DNA from: Mobula hypostoma
Taxonomy: Eukaryota
Direction of reading: 5' to 3'
Assembly: GCF_963921235.1 (NCBI RefSeq)
Contig: NC_086097.1
Span: forward strand, 234,300,001-234,364,000
Length of the DNA stretch: 64,000 nucleotides
Below, piece by piece: positions 1-12,932 of the stretch (within the stretch, counting starts at the first letter, position 1; each line of letters starts with the position of its first letter). The position numbers were made by a program, and so were the translations under genes. The notes below the pieces were generated by a model, which saw nothing but the letters and a program-made list of their open reading frames with translations, searched no databases and was not told the origin of the DNA.

Positions 1-113
1 AGGCTGGGTTCTGAGTTGGATGATCAGCCATGATCATAATAAATGGCGGTGCAGGCTCGAAGGGCCGAATGGCCTACTCCTGCACCTATTTTCTATGTTT
101 CTATGTTTCTATG
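1..113 (+). mobile_element. 3' end (3'UTR and tail) of a young CR1 LINE
   Basis: Reverse complement of the 3' ends at 18199, 24496 and 55968; GGTGCAGG..CCTGCACC hairpin; (TTTCTATG)n tail. Confidence 0.92.
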
Positions 114-435
114 TAACACATAGACAGCTGAGATGCAACTTTCATGGTCAGCCCCAACCAGTGGAGGGGCCTCTGAAACTCAAAGGCTGACGGATCCCCG
201 ACCATCACCTTGACAATAATGAGCAGTGGATATGGAAAATTTAGGATGACCCTGTTTAATCATGATTCTGCATGTTTTGATGGAAAAGATACAGTTGTAT
301 CAATTGTTTTATATTGTTGCCCAGAAAGAATGACAATCTACAAATCAGTGGATTCAAATGAATCAAGGACATTGGAAACAGACAGACTAATTGCCTTTGT
401 TCTTGCCACATGCTTGGGGATGAAGGCTGGCATTT

Positions 436-1147
436 TGTGAAGACACTTTATTCTCCATTTTGTGAGCTTGACGTGCTGGGCTTGATCAATGTTTTAAAGA
501 AGATACAATGATTCTTCAGGTAATCTGCCGGACTGGAGATCATTTCCAAATAAGAAGTTACTTGTGAGATGATCTTTGGTTGGCTATAACATGCAAGTTT
601 GTGAATGTTGGGGTTGATGCGTGCCTGAAGTGATTTGAGCTCATTGCTGATTGAGAACAAAGAGCCGTAAATTATCGACTGTCACTTGATGGGAAGAGGG
701 CAATAAATGGATGCTGGCTTGGAGCAGAGCCAATAACAAGGTGTTAAAGGACAGACACATGACCTGTGGCCAATGACACTGGAATGCGATATTTGAATTG
801 ATAAGGAATGGGTATAAAAGTTGATGCTTCGTGTGTGCTGGTAGCGGTAACTTTGAAGAATAACCATTGAAGATACAAGTGTAAGCAACCCAATGTGAAA
901 CATGTGGTGAGTGAATCAGGAGAACGAGGAACGCCTGGCCAGCGTAAACTCCCTTGCCTGAGTAATACCTTTGCTATTCTCTGACTATTCAGGAGAGTCA
1001 GGGCTACCTAGCAAGTGTGCACACAAAGTAATTTGTGTATGAACTCACATATTTATTAGTTTCAACAATAAAGGTACTTGTCAGTAAATACAGATCTCTC
1101 TGTGCCTCTCTAATCATCGTTGTAAGTAGTGAGTATTTTTTTCAACA
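436..1147 (+). mobile_element. Candidate LTR (solo or 3' LTR)
   Basis: TGTGAAG...TTCAACA ends, TATAAAA near 813, AATAAA near 1067, purine-rich stretch just upstream; no TSD seen. Confidence 0.4.
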
Positions 1148-1189
1148 ATATTATTAATAGAAGTTGAAAATTGGCTTAGTAAATCACTT

Positions 1190-1462
1190 ATTATTTACTA
1201 ATTTAGTTGTAACAGGTTGGATCAGGCCCTTCCATTGAGCCAGACCACCCAGCATCCTACCTAGTGAACACAAGCCCAATCACAGGACAATTTGCGGTGA
1301 CCTACTAAATGGAACATCTTTGGACCGTGGGAGGAAACCAGAGCACCCAGAGGAAACCCAGACTGTTACAGGGTGAGCATACAAACTTTTTACAGACAGC
1401 AATGGAATTGAACTCCGAACTTTGAGTTGTAATAACGTTGCACTAACCATTATGCTATCTTG
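1190..1462 (-). mobile_element. SINE (V-SINE-like core)
   Basis: GGAGGAAACCAGAGCACCCAGAGGAAACCCA core; homologous to 40980-41262 and 42300-42480. Confidence 0.75.
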
Positions 1463-1702
1463 GAACCCTATGATAAATATATGACTATTATTAAATGCAA
1501 TTAAGCACAAGCAAAATAAATAATTTATTTATTTATGAAGCCTTAGAACTGTTTATTCATTCTAAAGGAGTTACACAAGAAGACAGAGCAGCACTAATAT
1601 GGCAAATACTAGTTTTTTCCCCCCTTTGCTCCTGCATCAAAAATCACTTGAATATTTTCATTGGTTTTCTTCCAGAAAAAAATGTATCTGGAGGACCAGA
1701 TG

Positions 1703-2650
1703 ACCATAAGAGCAGAATTTGGCCATTTGGCTCATCATGTTTGCTCCACCACTTCATCAAGGTTAATCCATTTCTCTCTCAGCCCCAATGTCCTGCCTTC
1801 TCCCTGTAACCCTTCATGCCCTGATTTAATCAAGAATCTATCACCTTCTGCCTTAAATACAGCTAATGAGTTGGCCTCCACAGTTAAGTGTGGAACGTGG
1901 CAATGAATTCCACAGATTCGCCACTCTCTGGCTAAAGAAATTCCTCCTCACCTCCATTCTAAATGGACATCCTTCTGTTCTGAGGTTGTGCCCTCTGGGC
2001 CTGGACCCCCACCATAGGAAACATCCTGTCCACATCCCCACTCTATTGAGGTCTTTCAACATTTGATGGGTTTAAATGAGATTTTACCCCCTCCCATTCC
2101 AGTGAGTACAGGCCCAGAGCCATCAAACGATCTTCATATAGTAACCTTTTCATTTCCAGAATCATTCTTTTGATCTTCCTCTGAACCTTCTCCAATGTCA
2201 GCACATCCTTTCTTAGATAAGGGCCCAAAATTGGGGGACACCTCCCTCTCCCTTGCCAGGGAGAGAGAGAACCTCCTGCCTTAAATATGTTTGTCAAATG
2301 TTGGATGAAATGCAAAACCTTTGGGGTAACTTTGGTCTGTATCTTTGCTATTGCTTAGCACATGCTTGGACTCGGTGACGGTACCGATGTGCGTTTTTTT
2401 TTGCTGGTGGGGTGAGGGGGTATCGTTGCTCCCTGCCGCTTACGCGCAGGAGGGGCGAGCTGGGGGGGACTTTGTGTTTCTCAGGTTTAACGGTTGTTCA
2501 TTCTTTGGGGCACTTCTCTGCTTTTGTGGATACTTGCGAAAATAAAGCATTTCAGGATGTATATTGTATACATTTCTCGGATATTAAATTTGACCTTTGA
2601 ACCTTTGAACTGCTCACAATACTCCAAGCTGAGGAAACATTACATTCTTG
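1703..2650 (-). mobile_element. CR1 LINE 3' fragment, interrupted at ~2233-2609
   Basis: Minus-strand translations RRNFFSQRVANLWNSLP and LGLYSLE; CR1 3'UTR. Confidence 0.88.
2233..2609 (+). mobile_element. 3' part of a non-autonomous retroposon (same family as 12144-12932)
   Basis: Shares TTTCAGGATGTATATTGTAT..CTGACATTAA 3' end with ~12873-12910; (CCTTTGAA)n tail. Confidence 0.7.
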
Positions 2651-2879
2651 CTTTTTATATTCCGGTCCTCTCAAAATATATGGGGTAGGAATGGTTTAAC
2701 ATTAACTAGTTTGCGTAGAGCATGTTAGTCTCCTTAACGTTCAAGTTGTCTCTGCTTATCTCAGGCAGTCCTGGAACACCGACCCCAGAGATTTGCTTTT
2801 GTCAATTATAAAGGTGCCACCTGAAACATATTAAATAGGCTAGCTATTCTGTGCAGCTTGCATTCACATCTGGTCAGTG

Positions 2880-3565
2880 TGATTAGATTGGATTAGATTA
2901 TGAGGACACACAGTCCTCGTTTATTGTCATTTAGTAATGCATGCATTAAAAAATAATACAATGTTCCTCCACAGTGATATCACAGAAACACAAGACAAAC
3001 CAAGACTAAAACTGACAAAACCATATGATTATAACATATAGTTACAACAGTGCAAAGCAATATCGTAATTTGGTAAAGAGCAGACCATGGGCACGGTAAA
3101 AAAAGTCTCAAAGTTCCGATAGCCTCATCATCTCACGCAGACGGTAGAAGGGAGAAACTCTCCTTGCCATGAACCTCCAAGCGCCACAAACTTGCCCCTG
3201 CCGCACCATTGGAAGCACCTGACCACAGCCGACTCTGAGTCCGTCTGAAAATTTTGAGCCTCCGACCAGCCCTCCGACACCGAGCATCAAGCGCCATCCT
3301 CTGCCGAGCGTTTCGACCCCGCCCCAGCCGCTGAGCAACAGGCAAAACCGGGGACTCGGGGCCTTCCCCTCTGGAGATTCTGGATCACACAGTAGCAGCG
3401 GTAGCGAAGTAGGCATTTCAGAAGTTTCACCAGATGTTTCTTCGTGCTCTCATATCTGTCTCCATCAAATCAGTATTGTGCATGGCACCCTACTTGACAG
3501 ATAACAGATATCACCACTGGAGTGGCCATTGCGAGCTGCGTCGCACTGCCATCTTCTCCTCCCTC
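2880..3565 (-). mobile_element. Non-autonomous LINE-derived/SINE-like element (same family as 22756-23376)
   Basis: Reverse-complement homology to 22756-23376; GGAGAAGATGGC 5' end; (AATCT)n-like tail. Confidence 0.8.
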
Positions 3566-4274
3566 CAATCCTGAATGCAATCAAAGCCTAACCCATGACT
3601 TAAAGAATGTCTGCTACTCTGGCAGGTCCTTCCTCATGGATTTTAAGAATATGACCATCTCCCAATGAGATTGAACCTCAGTCATTGAAGAATTGATACT
3701 CAGATTTCAAGTTTTTATTATAACCTCAAAATGCTTCTGGGATTACAGTCTGATTATTTCAGTTTGTCATGAATTAACTACACTGTATTTTATAATTCTC
3801 ACATTCGGGTCATTTGAATGACATGGGCCATTCAGGCCATCAAGTTCATATCAGCCTCAAAGCATTTCCTTGCAAGTTATTCTCTGTCATATGACCAACA
3901 ACTACAGCAGTTCTCCACTATATGGAGGGTAATTTACAGTAGCCATTTAACTTCCAACTAGCACATCTCTTGGTTAAGGTAGGAATCCAGGGCATCAGGA
4001 GAAACCCCAGAGTTACAGGGAAACTTAGCAATCCCCCTATAGATGCAGCACCAGGAGACAGAATTATGCCTGTATCTCTGGGCTATGGGACAGCAGAACT
4101 ACTTGCTGTTAAACATCACTTGCATACAGCAAGTCATGAAAAGATGAATTTTCAAAGATCCACCCCTCACTACACTTTAAAAATTGAAATGAGTTCTAAT
4201 TTTATTAATTACTTAACTTATAATGCTACCTTATGACCCAACTGGGATTCATGGGCAAATCTTGTTCACATAAA

Positions 4275-5320
4275 ACCATAAGACCGTAAGACATAGGAGC
4301 AGAATTAGGCCATTCAGCCCATCGAGACTGCTCCACCATTCCATCATGGCTGATCCCAGATCAAACTCAGCCCCATACACCTGCCTTCTCGCCATATCCT
4401 TTGATGCCCTGACTGATCAGGAAACGATCTACTTCTGCCTTAAATATACACAAGGACTTGCCCTCCACCACAGTCTGTGGCAGAGCATTCCACAGATTTA
4501 CTACTCTCTGGCTAAAAAATATATCACCTTACCTCTGTTCTAAAGAATCATCCCTCAATTTTGAGGCTGTGCCCTCTAGTTCTGGATACTCCCACCATAG
4601 GAAACATCCTCCCCACATCCACCCTATCTAGTCCTTTCAATATTCGGTACATTTCAAAGAGATCTCCACACATTCTTCCAAATCCAGTGAGTACAGGCCC
4701 GAAGCTGCCAATCACTTCTCATATGTTAATCTCTTCATTCTCAGAATCATCCTCATGAACCTCCACTGAAATCTTTCCAATGACAATACATCCTTACTGA
4801 GATATGGAGCCCAAAACTGTTGACAATACTCCAAGAATGTCCTGACTTATCAACCCCCAGCATTATCTCCTTGCTCTTATATTCTGTTCCCCTTGAAATA
4901 AATGCCAACATTGTATTTGCCTTCTCTTCCACAGAAATTAACTTTCTAAGTCCTTTTACACCTCTGATATTTGAATTTTCTCCCCACTTAGATAGTAGTC
5001 TGCACTATTGTTCCTTTTAACAAAATACATTATCATACATTTCCCAGCACTGTATTCCATCTGCTCTTTTTTGCCTATTATTCCAATTTGTCTAATTCCT
5101 GCTGCAATTGCCTTGCTTCCTCAGCACTACCTACCCCTCCACCTATTTTTGTATCATCCGCAGATTTTGCCACAAAGCCATCAATTTCCTTAACCAAATT
5201 CTTGACAAACAATGTGAATATCAGTAGTCACAATACTGACCCTTGAGGAACAACACTAGTGACTGGTAGCCAATCAGAAAAGGCTGCTTTTATTCCCACT
5301 CGTTGTCCACTGCCTGGTGG
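4275..5320 (-). mobile_element. Decayed CR1 3' fragment
   Basis: CR1 3'UTR and RT remnants ([15 protein letters not shown] near 5230-5265) with many stops. Confidence 0.85.
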
Positions 5321-5811
5321 CAATTAGATGGGAGCCAAACAAAGCAAATGCTTAAGACCTGTACCTGTGCTTTTTAGAAAGAAATAAGAACCTTATGAAA
5401 ATTTGAAGAGAAAATTTAATACCATCATGACATTACCTACAGACTGGGATTGTATAGTTGTCGGGCTCTTCCACTTTCACACATTCTCAGGAGCAACACA
5501 ATCATTATCAGGTGAGGTCTAAGGAAAAGATCAAATCACATGATATGTGATGTAGACTGTTGATACTAAACTGGAACAAAGCAAAGATATTCTATCCCCT
5601 AGATACCACCCCTCCCACATTCCACACATGTTAAAAGGTAACATTAAAGGTTAAGGATGAACTGAACAGGTGTTTCTTTTTCTCAACAATAGTGCACTTC
5701 AAATCCCAGCCACACAATTTGCATCTCATTTTCTTTCCTTGAGCCACATTTCGATTCAAAAAAACAATTGAGCAAAAATATAGATGTATGAACTAACCAC
5801 TTAATGAAAGA

Positions 5812-6200
5812 ATGTAGAATATAGAATAGTACAGCACAGTACAGGCCCTTTGACCCACAATGTTGTGCCAACCCTCAAACCCTGTCTCCCATATAAGCCC
5901 CCACCTTAAATTCCTCTATATACCTGTCTAGTAGTCTCTTAAACTTCACTAGTGTATCTGCCTCCACCACTGACTCAGGCAGTGCATTCCACACACCAAC
6001 CACTCTCTGAGTAAAAACCCTTCCTCTAATATCCCCCTTGAACTTCCCACCCCTTACCTTAAAGCCATGTCCTCTTGTATTTAGCAGTGGTGCCCTGGGG
6101 AAGAGGCACTGGCTATCCACTCTATCTATTCCTCTTATTATCTTGTACACCTCTATCATGTCTCCTCTCATCCTCCTTCTCTCCAAAGAGTAAAACCCTA
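5812..6200 (-). mobile_element. CR1 3' fragment (second family, same as 35522-38200)
   Basis: ORF 5875-6246 LERRRMRGDMIEVYKI...TQRVVGVWNALP; (TTCTATA/G)n tail. Confidence 0.92.
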
Positions 6201-6960
6201 GGGTACTATTAACTATATAATCCACGAGGCCTATAAATCCAAACATTTCTATTTCGAATTGTCTTCATTAGACAATTTTCTCCAGAGGGACATCTGAGCC
6301 ATAACAGGGATGGACTTTCGCCCTTCATCTCAGATGGAAAAATAGTGCTAAAGGTCACATTCTCATTCTCATTAGCTTTAATAAAAACAATCAAAGATCC
6401 TTACACACTTCAACATCGTGCATATTGCAGATAAACCATGGTGAAGCTTAATGGCATTTGGCACTTAATAGCTTTCAAATTTATTTTCCTTTCCCTTGAT
6501 TAGAGATGCAAGATTCATCCCAAATCAGAACAATTACCAAGAGTTACCTGACATCATGTCCAATGACAGGGTGCATTGCCCCCAACTTATTCAGTGAAGA
6601 TATTTTTACTCCATGTTACCTTGACAATTCATTCATCGATACCTCACTGGATGTAACCATGAAAACGTATTTGAATAATCAGGAAGTGTCAGAAATAAGA
6701 AATTGATATAATTATCTATTGTGTGCACACTAGATTCCCTAATGCCTGAGATGGAATTTCTATCAATTTGTGAATAGAAGGCAATTTCTTTCAGCCCTGT
6801 TGAAATACTGGATCCTGACTGTTTTCACCAAACACAGTCAAAGAAGCTTCACTCAACATATAACAAAGAAATGTACTGTACTGAGCTAAATGTACTGCAT
6901 ATATATAGCGATAGAGAGAGAGAGAGAGAGAGAGAAAGAAAGAGAGCACGACAGCGCGCG

Positions 6961-7387
6961 CCAGGGTTCCTAAGACTTTTGCACAGTCCTGTATTTGTCA
7001 ACATGGAGCGAAGAATAAGTCTGAAAATCTGACAGGAGCAAAGGATGTAGGGAACAGTGAGGGTGGAGTGCCATGGGAACGGTGTGGTGGGGGTGCAGAG
7101 ACACCCAGGCCTAAGACACCTGGCAAGATCATTTGATTCCAAGCAATTGGATCATTGATCATTACAGAAAGTTTCTCTGATGCTTCCCAATCCCTCCCCT
7201 CCCCTTTTCCCAACCATGATTCCCCTCGCCCTGCTCCTTTCCCACTCTCAGTCCACAATAGAGACCCATATCAGAATCAAATTTGTCATCACTCACATAT
7301 GTCATGAAATTTGTTTTTATTTTTGCAGCAGTACAGTGCAATACGTAAAATTAATACAGTACTATTCAAATTTCTTAGGCTCCCTAG
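6961..7387. mobile_element. Non-coding element bounded by ~30-bp inverted repeats and flanked by microsatellites
   Basis: CCAGGGTTCCTAAGACTTTTGCACAGTCCTGTA (6961) vs TACAGTACTATTCAAATTTCTTAGGCTCCCTAG (~7354); (GA)n on the left, (TA)n on the right. Confidence 0.55.
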
Positions 7388-7639
7388 CTATATATATATA
7401 TATATATACACATGAAGAGTTCTACTATAATTTTGTTATCTGTACCATAATAGAAACTGAGAAATGATCTTCTAAATCATTTTCTGCATCGGGTTCAAAT
7501 GAAACTGTCCCAGGATAGACATTCTATCCATTCTTTTAAATCTTACCCAATAATCTTGCCTGTATTGGCAGTCCCTTTCAGTGTGTAGTCTTGGGTGAAA
7601 TAGATCAAGAGGCTGAAGATGGTCCTGCTATTTCCAAAA

Positions 7640-7940
7640 GACCATAAGATGTAGGAGCAGAATATAAGCCAGTTGGTCTGCTCCATTTCATCATGGTTGA
7701 TCCAGTCCCCTGTCTGCCCCAATCACCTACTTCCTTCTCGTATCCCTTCATGCCCCGACTAATCAAGAATCTATCAGCCTCTGCTTTAAATACACCCAAT
7801 AACTTGGTCTTCATTGCCATCTGTGGCAGCAAATTTACCATTCTCTGGATAAATAAATTCCTCCACATATCAGTTCTAAATGCACGTCCCTCTATTCTGA
7901 GGCTGTGTTAATCTGGTCTTAGATTCCCGTACCATCCCTT
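7640..7940 (-). mobile_element. Short CR1 3' fragment
   Basis: ORF 7605-7868 LLGVFKAEADRFLISRGMKGY. Confidence 0.85.
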
Positions 7941-8741
7941 GGGTCCTGTCTGTATTCTGCCATTGTCAGAACAAATTTCTGGGATACTCTCTCAAGGAAG
8001 GTGGTGCAATTGACTATAAGATTTGCCTGCATGGTGCTCATTGATTGGAAGGAGTAGGTGCTGAAATGATTTTCAGAACGATGTCTGATGTGTAGCTGTA
8101 CATTGGTTGAGTGAGTCACTCCAGATTGGGAAGGTTCTGTCATTTGAGCGTGCAGAAAGGACACACTGGTGTACAATCTTGTCACAGCACTGCTGCCTGA
8201 GTATAAATCATAACTTCACTTAAAGCCTTTTATTAACTTCTCACAGCTGAACATGCGCTCAACACCAGGGAAAACTCCACAGCAGCGATTTTTAAAGGAA
8301 TCATCAAAACGTCGCATTTCAGCTATTGATTGATATCTTGGGCTTTTGCTTCAATTTAACTAGCACCTGGTACTTCTTGGACTCTCTAAGGTGTCGAAAG
8401 TTTGCAGGGATTGTGCCAGGATGGATGTTTTGACTTCTAAGCAATAGCTCCTAGAAGGTTGTTAATGATCTTTTCCCTTGCTGCTTAGCATGACAGGGAG
8501 TGTTCATTGAGGGGATGGAGGCAAGATGATGAAGGAAGGAAGAGGGACAAAGGGATATGAGGTAGGAGGGCTCCCAGCTTTGAGAAATTCCACACTGGAT
8601 GTTTGGAAAAACGATTTTTCTTTTCAGCCAGAAATGTAGTGAGGAAGAAAATACTGGGCTTCTGTACTTTGATAACTATATCCTAACTAAAATGGTCTGC
8701 ATTCTCAGCACAGCAGCTGTCTGGAGATGATTATGCCATCA

Positions 8742-9245
8742 AGGTGGCATGGTAGTGTAGTGGTTAGCGCATTGCTTCAAAGTGCCAGCCAGTGATCAGT
8801 GATTGGGGATGCATTCCCACCCTTTTCTGGAAGGATGTTATACATTCTCTCTGGGTGCTCTGGGTTCCTCCCATATTGCAAAGATGGAGTTAAAGCTAAT
8901 AAGTTGTGGGCAACACACACAGAATGCTGGACGAACTCAGCAGGCAAGGCAGCATCTATGAGAAAGGAGTATGGTCAATGTCTCGGCCCGAAACGTCAAC
9001 AGTACTCTTTTCCATAGATGCTGCCTGGCCTGCTGAGTTCCTCCAGCATTCTGTGTGCATTACTTGAATTTGCAGCATCTGCAGATGTCCTTTGTTTCTA
9101 TGTTGTGGGCGTGCTATCTTGGTGCTGGAAGTGTAGTGACACTTTGGGCTTCCCAGTACAATCCCTGCTGATTTGATCTGACTCAAACGACACATTTCCC
9201 TGTATGCTTCAATGTTTCAACGTACATGTGACAAATAAAGCTAAT
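8742..9245 (+). mobile_element. tRNA-derived SINE interrupted by a Penelope terminal repeat
   Basis: A-box-like GGTAGTGTAGTGGTTAGCG; core CTGGGTGCTCTGGGTTCCTCCCA; 3' end GTGACAAATAAAGCTAAT. Confidence 0.75.
8912..9100. mobile_element. Penelope-like inverted terminal repeat insertion
   Basis: Inverted arms across 8916-9057; GGCCCGAAACGTC motif; flanking GTTGTGGGC duplication. Confidence 0.75.
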
Positions 9246-11384
9246 TTAAAACAAGTTAAGCATGGCCATGAACTTTAACATGTCAAACATATTCCAAGCT
9301 AGGGATATTCAGAAATACTTCAGTTTAACAGTCTCAGATTTGATTTCACCGGCATGTGAAATTTGATGACTTGGCAGCAGCAGAATAATAATAATAATAA
9401 TAAATAATAATAAGCATAATAATAGCAAAAAGCTGTGAATTATAGTAGGTACATAAAGTAGTTAAATTGAATGTATAGTGCAAAAAATAGAAAGAAAAGT
9501 AGAAAAGTAGTGTGCAATGTGCATTAAGAAATTGGATGAATTGCTTATGTCTCACTGTTACATTGAGGAGGTGAGGAGGCCATCAGATCTCTATTACAAG
9601 GGGGCTGAATAGATTTTCTTCTTCCTTAGAAGGGAACAGCAGTTAAACAAGTGCATGGCTTCACCCAAACTTTAGTTGTCTCCTTGGTGCAGGATGTTTG
9701 CTGCACATCACTTCAGGGGAACTGCAAGTCAAACTGGCTCTTTCCCAGCCCCCTGGGCCCGGGGCTTGCCACCTTGATTCAGTCCATAACTGCCAAGCCA
9801 CAACCATCCTGCACCTTCCAGACTTCAGTTCATATGGCAAAATTGCCAGGTACAAGAGCTCAACAATGAAAGGGAAGGTATTGATTGTATGATCATATCT
9901 GAGAAAAAGAGTGATTAATCCAGGAATTTGTAGTTTTGTATTATCGCAGTCTATGGTACAATTCATAATTGAGTAACTACAACAAATAAAAGGCTAACTA
10001 TTTAATTAACATCAAGGAGTAACCCATTGTCTCATTGGTAGTATGCAAAGAACAAATTCAATGTTCCCAAACCAGTCAGGCGAAGCAAACTATTGGTCTG
10101 ATCAAGGAATACTGGAACTTGGTAGCATTGTCCTATTGTGCTTCAAACCTGAGCCTGCCTTATGTAGCACGGCTTCCCTATAATCAGGATCCATTCCTCA
10201 TCATTACTTACATAAAACATAGTTGTGGATCAGAAGGAGAAGGGAGAGAAAGGAATAAAAAGAGGATAGAAAAAAATTGCCTGAGCAAGACCTTTTAACC
10301 ACCGCAGCCTATGAACAGCTCATCTATCTGCTCTATCAAATCATAAACAAATTAAAACAAATTTGGATCAGCCAAGATGAAATGGTGGAGCAGAGTCAAT
10401 GGGCCAAATGGCCTAATTCTGCTCCTATATCTTATGGTCCTATAAGCAAAGTTCTCACACAAAAAAAAATCTTTATTTTAATCACCTTCTATTGTTAACT
10501 ACTTAGCTACAAAACCAAAACACCAGTCAATACAAAGAATTGGAATTGATTTATTATCGAGGATCAAGGACAAGGATAAAGTATATTCGCCATATATACT
10601 TACATGTATTAGAAATTTGCTGTGGTTTGTTTGTGAGACATGCAACAAAAACAATAAAATTGAATAGTTCTAAAGAATAAAGTATTATATAAAGATAAAG
10701 TTAGAGGTTAAAGGACAGATATGATAGAAAATGTGCAGAAGTACATAAATCCGTGCATGTATTTACGATGTTGACAGCATTATAGAAGGTGGGTTAAAGT
10801 GCAATGCAGTGATGAGGTCAATAAGTAGAGGGGGTGTGAGGACTAACTAGAATAGTTGATCAGATTAACTGCCTGCGGAAAATCAGTTTGCAGGGTGAAT
10901 CGTGTCCGCACTGATTTTCCTTACCTGCTTCTTTATCCTGGACAAATTCTGCAGTGATGGTATACAGCAACCAATGACCTTTTCTGCTGACCTGACAGTT
11001 GTGAGAGGAAGCTGAACCACTGTCAGCATTATTTTCATATGTACCAACAATAATGCATTTGAAAATAATAGACCAATTCCAATTCCAAATGAAAAGCTTG
11101 TCTAACATACTGTTCTTACAGATCGAATCATTACAATGGTGCCTTGAGGTTGTACAAGGTAAAACAATAACAGAATGCAGAATAAGGTGTAGCAGCTATT
11201 GCACAAGTAGGCAATAAGGTGCAGGAACTTAACGAGGTAGATTGTGAGGTCAAAGTCTATAATCCAAACCAAATTCGTGTTAAACATTTCCAAATATCAT
11301 ACAAATATCAAGTAATCAACATCGTGGAGTCCCTCTGCGGTCTTTTCCAGTCCTTTAACACTTGGCAGTATTCCTGCAAGAAGG

Positions 11385-12130
11385 CAAACACCCTGACACA
11401 GTGGTGTCAAAGAAACAACCTCTCCCTCAATGTCACAGAAACAAGGGAGCTGGTTGTGGACTACAGGAGGAATGGAGATGGGCTAACCCCTATTAACATC
11501 AATGGATCTGGGGTTGAGAGGGTGACCAGTTTAAGTTCCTCGGTAGAAAATATCACCAAGGGTCTCACGTAGTATGTACATACCGGCTCTGTGGTGAAAA
11601 AAGCACAACAACGCCTCTTTCATCTCAGATGGTTGAAGAAGCTTGGTATGGCCCCCTAGGAGAACGATTGAGACCATCCTGACTGGCTGTATCACTGTCT
11701 GGTACAGGAACTATACTTCCCTCAATCGCAGGACTCTGCAGAGAGTGGTACAGACAACCCAATGCATTTGTAGATGTGAACTTTCCACTGTTCAGGACAT
11801 TTACAGAGACAGGTGTGTAAAAAGGGCCGGAAGGATCATTGGCGAGCCGAGTCAGCCCAACCACAAACCCTTCCAGCTGCTACCATTCGGAAACTGTACC
11901 GCAGCATAAAAACCAGGACAGTTTCTTCCACAAGCCATCAGACTGCTGAATTCATGCTGACCCAACTGTATTTCTATGTTATGTTGACTATCCTGTTATA
12001 CATAATACATAATATTTATTATAAATTATTATCATTGCATATTGCACATTTAGATGGAGAGGTAACATAAATGTTTTTACTCCTTATGTATATGAAGGAT
12101 GTAAGTAATATAGTCAATTCAACTCAATCA
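11385..12130 (+). mobile_element. Rex1/Babar LINE 3' fragment
   Basis: WCQRNNLSLNVTETRELVVDYRR and IETILTGCITVWY; (TCAAT)n-like tail. Confidence 0.88.
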
Positions 12131-12143
12131 TGTTGAACATGGA

Positions 12144-12932
12144 GCGAAGTCAAGATGGCGCTAAACGGCGACTCCTTTGCTTGCATCTTCTGAAACAGCT
12201 CTGTCTCTATCTTCGATATCTCCTTTTTTCCCTTTCAAGGTTCTTTTGAAGACTCTGGCCTGGAGTTACACTCTGACTTTAGTTGTTTGCGAGAATGGGA
12301 CCCGCCCTCATGGCCTCACGACTGGCCACTTTTTGATATCCCAAGGATGCAGCCTGGAAGACAAGCGCGCCTTCAGGGCTCCGGATTTTCGTGGCTCTGG
12401 AGATGTGCTAATTCTAGGCCGGTGACTGAAGCGTCGCGGGAAAACACAAAATATCGGGAACAGCGGCGGGTTAGCTGCCGGGGGTTGTGTTTCCAGAGAG
12501 CTGCGCCTTTCTGGCTGCAGAGCTCAGAAAAAGTGATGCAACAGACTTTTAACATCACAAATCAGTGAGTTGTTTGTTATGTCTCCCCTCTCGCTGTGAA
12601 ATGGGGACACTTTTTTCCCCTTATTAGGGAGAGAGAGAGACTGAGGGATGTCAAATTATCAGTTGAATGAGTAGTGTTTGTGGTACTGCAAGTCCATGTC
12701 TTTATTGATGCTTTGCTGCCTGGATGATTTTCTGGTGGTGGGGGTTGGGGGGGAGTCTTTGCCTGGCTGCTACTTGTGTGTGGGAGCGGGGAGCTCTGGG
12801 GTTCTAATGTTTTAACTGTCATTCATTCTTTGGGCGATCTCCACTGTTTTTGTGGATGTTTGAGAAGAAGAATTTCAGGATGTATATTGTATAGATTTCT
12901 CTGACATTAAGTATACCTATTGAAATCTATTG
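12144..12932 (+). mobile_element. Full-length non-autonomous retroposon
   Basis: CAAGATGGCG 5' motif; (CTATTGA)n-like tail; ACATGGA at 12137-12143 and 12933-12939 as a possible TSD. Confidence 0.7.

Noticed and set aside
5376..5510. Possible plus-strand exon (TTTTTAG...CAG|GTGAGG)
   Set aside because: Stops in all three frames near the start, and no homology recognised.
8742..8790. tRNA gene
   Set aside because: Degenerate SINE head with no cloverleaf.
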